Below are positions 62,201-64,000 of a DNA stretch of 64,000 bases, in pieces; positions within the stretch are counted from its first letter, which is position 1; every line of letters starts with the position of its first letter. The position numbers were made by a program, and so were the translations under genes. Below the pieces are notes generated by a model. It was not told where the DNA came from and made no database searches. It was given only the letters and a program-made list of their open reading frames with translations. Source of the DNA: Felis catus (lineage: Eukaryota); the NCBI RefSeq assembly GCF_018350175.1, contig NC_058368.1, forward strand, positions 6,014,001 to 6,078,000, read 5' to 3'.

Positions 62201-64000
62201 GGGAAACACACACACACACGCACACACACACACACACACACACACTACTGCTTTTTTAATATCATATTAAGGGAAGTTTGGGGTGATAATAGTGGAGATT
62301 TTTAGAGTAGGGCATAAGTTGCCCTAAACAGCATAGAAAAAATTACAAGAGTAGAGAGGAGGAACAGAAGTGGAATACCAGTCTCCAGAGGCTGGCCCAT
62401 AACTGCATTTCCCATTTACACGGCATTAGCCAAGAAAGACAGGTCTGAAATTTTGGGTTTTTCAAACAATATCCTGGGAAAATTGTATAGTTTGTCAGAA
62501 AGATGCTCAGATCAAGGTGGCGGGTCTGGCAGTTATATTGTTGGAGGGTATGGAATGAAATTATTGAAGTATATATAAAAACTAGTGGTTCTGTGTGTAA
62601 CCAAGGGGAAATAGTGGTTTGGTGGTCATGGTCTGAGATGCAAAGTGGGAGACTGTGGTAGGAAGCCGGAGGTGGGGAGTCGGAGAAGGCAGTGGGGGCA
62701 GGGGTGTCGAAGCATTGACTAACAGGAAGCAGTCGCCTCCCGGGGAAAACAATAATCTCCATTAATTTTTAGAATGGCCCAGATACTAGTAACTTCTACC
62801 AGATTTCTCTTCAGGCACAGGAATATAGGGAGGCGCATTTGAGCAGAGAGCAGGGAATATACGAGGATCACGGGCTAAGCGGACAGTGAGCCCAGAAACG
62901 TAAGAGAATCCCTAATATCAAAAGAAGAAAAGCGAAACGCCTTGCGTCCTCTTTGTGTCTTAGGAGAGGCGGTCTGTGGGCATTGTTTGGGTGGAGATCT
63001 TAGCATCCAGGGTGAAGGATCTCTCCCACAGGGAGCGAAGTCATCTCCAGTGGTGAGTCTTGGGCAGATACCATGTCATTTGGGATGACATGTTCTCCAG
63101 CGGTGAGCTCCTGGGCCAGGGATGTGGGACTGGGGTGTTCTTCTCAAGCGGGTACTTACTGGAGGTGATGTGGGTCTCAGCGTTTGCCACCTTTGGTTGG
63201 AACAAATGTTTACTGGAGTGTAACCAAGTGAAAGCACCCAGACGGGCTGTAGTTGCCAGAACGGTGTGCAGCTGGACTCTTAACAGGGTTTTCCGTTTTG
63301 TTTTTGTTTTTGTGGAAGTTTAGATTCAAATGGGTCCCAAATCACATGACAGCGGCCTGGCCCAGGGGGCGGTCTACAGTTGATGGATCCTGGAAGAGTA
63401 TAAATCGGCTAGCTAGGAGGGAGCATTCTCTTCCCAGCCAGAAACGCTTTTGAAATGTCCAAACGTTGCAATGCAAAGAGAAATTTCCACATATATCTTA
63501 ACCCCGTTGGCACTGCATAATATAAGGTTGAAATAGCAGTAAACTTTATGTTAATAATTAAGAGCATGAATAGCAAATAAAAACCACTGTGACAAGTCAA
63601 GAGAGAGATTGCAGAAGAAAAGAGCTTTGTATTTCCTGCTTTTTGAACAGTGAACCACACGTTTTTAATTTGTACTGGGTCCAGCAAATTATGCAGCTGC
63701 CTCTGGCTTATACATTTCTGGGAGGAATGTAAACGGTATGACCATTCTGGAAAACAGTTTTGTGGTTTCTTGTAAAGGCAGCCACGCATTTACCGTGTGA
63801 CCTGGGGAGGGAAGCCGATTGAGCTAACTCGGTCACATTTGCACCCTACTGAAGAAAGTGAAAGAGATCGTATGATTGGGAGCCCTACCAGAACCACATA
63901 GAATGGAGGAAGAGTAATTCCCCCAGAAGAATGGAGAAAGGAATGCTGAGCAAGCCAAAATTAATGGAGGCAGAAAATGGATAAAGGGAGGAGGAGGGTG

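Larger units (their letters stand above)
59711..63706 (+). mobile_element. MER45B-like hAT-Tip100 element broken into pieces (~59711-59990, ~61230-61632, ~63507-63706)
   Basis: 5' end cgaggctggcttcc...gctgtcactgtcctgaagttcttgataat, internal ggcaacctctagttcc...ttttgtgcagtgtttc, 3' end tttgtactgggtccagcaaattatgcagctgcctctg. Host L1 resumes on both sides. Confidence 0.65.

Overview
Mammalian genomic DNA, almost certainly felid: about 30 carnivore tRNA-derived SINEs, many of the young cat SINEC_Fc type. Most of the window is interspersed repeats (L1, L2, MIR, MaLR/ERV LTRs, hAT and Tigger DNA transposons). The only protein-coding gene I can support is on the minus strand: the 5' part of an intact, spliced P4-ATPase (phospholipid flippase) of the ATP8A class. 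Its exons are 33711-33636, 21705-21561, 12257-12158, 8220-8122, 6546-6501, 5675-5635 and 3833-3760, and the gene continues off the left edge. Exon sizes and phases match ATP8A2 as I recall them, but the protein is only about 70% identical by hand alignment to the remembered human sequence, so it looks like a divergent ATP8A2-like paralogue. Its most unusual part is the N-terminus. The exon-1 homologue has no ATG but has a CTG at the ATP8A2 Met1 position and stays in frame for 40 codons, including a KKVSF (RVxF-type) motif. The first ATG gives MGCQHS, a dual myristoylation/palmitoylation-type start. A small MYB/GC-box promoter candidate lies just upstream, and a separate NRF1-motif CpG island lies at about 45-46 kb. 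Repeat family names come from remembered consensus sequences, not a database search. Repeat boundaries are approximate.
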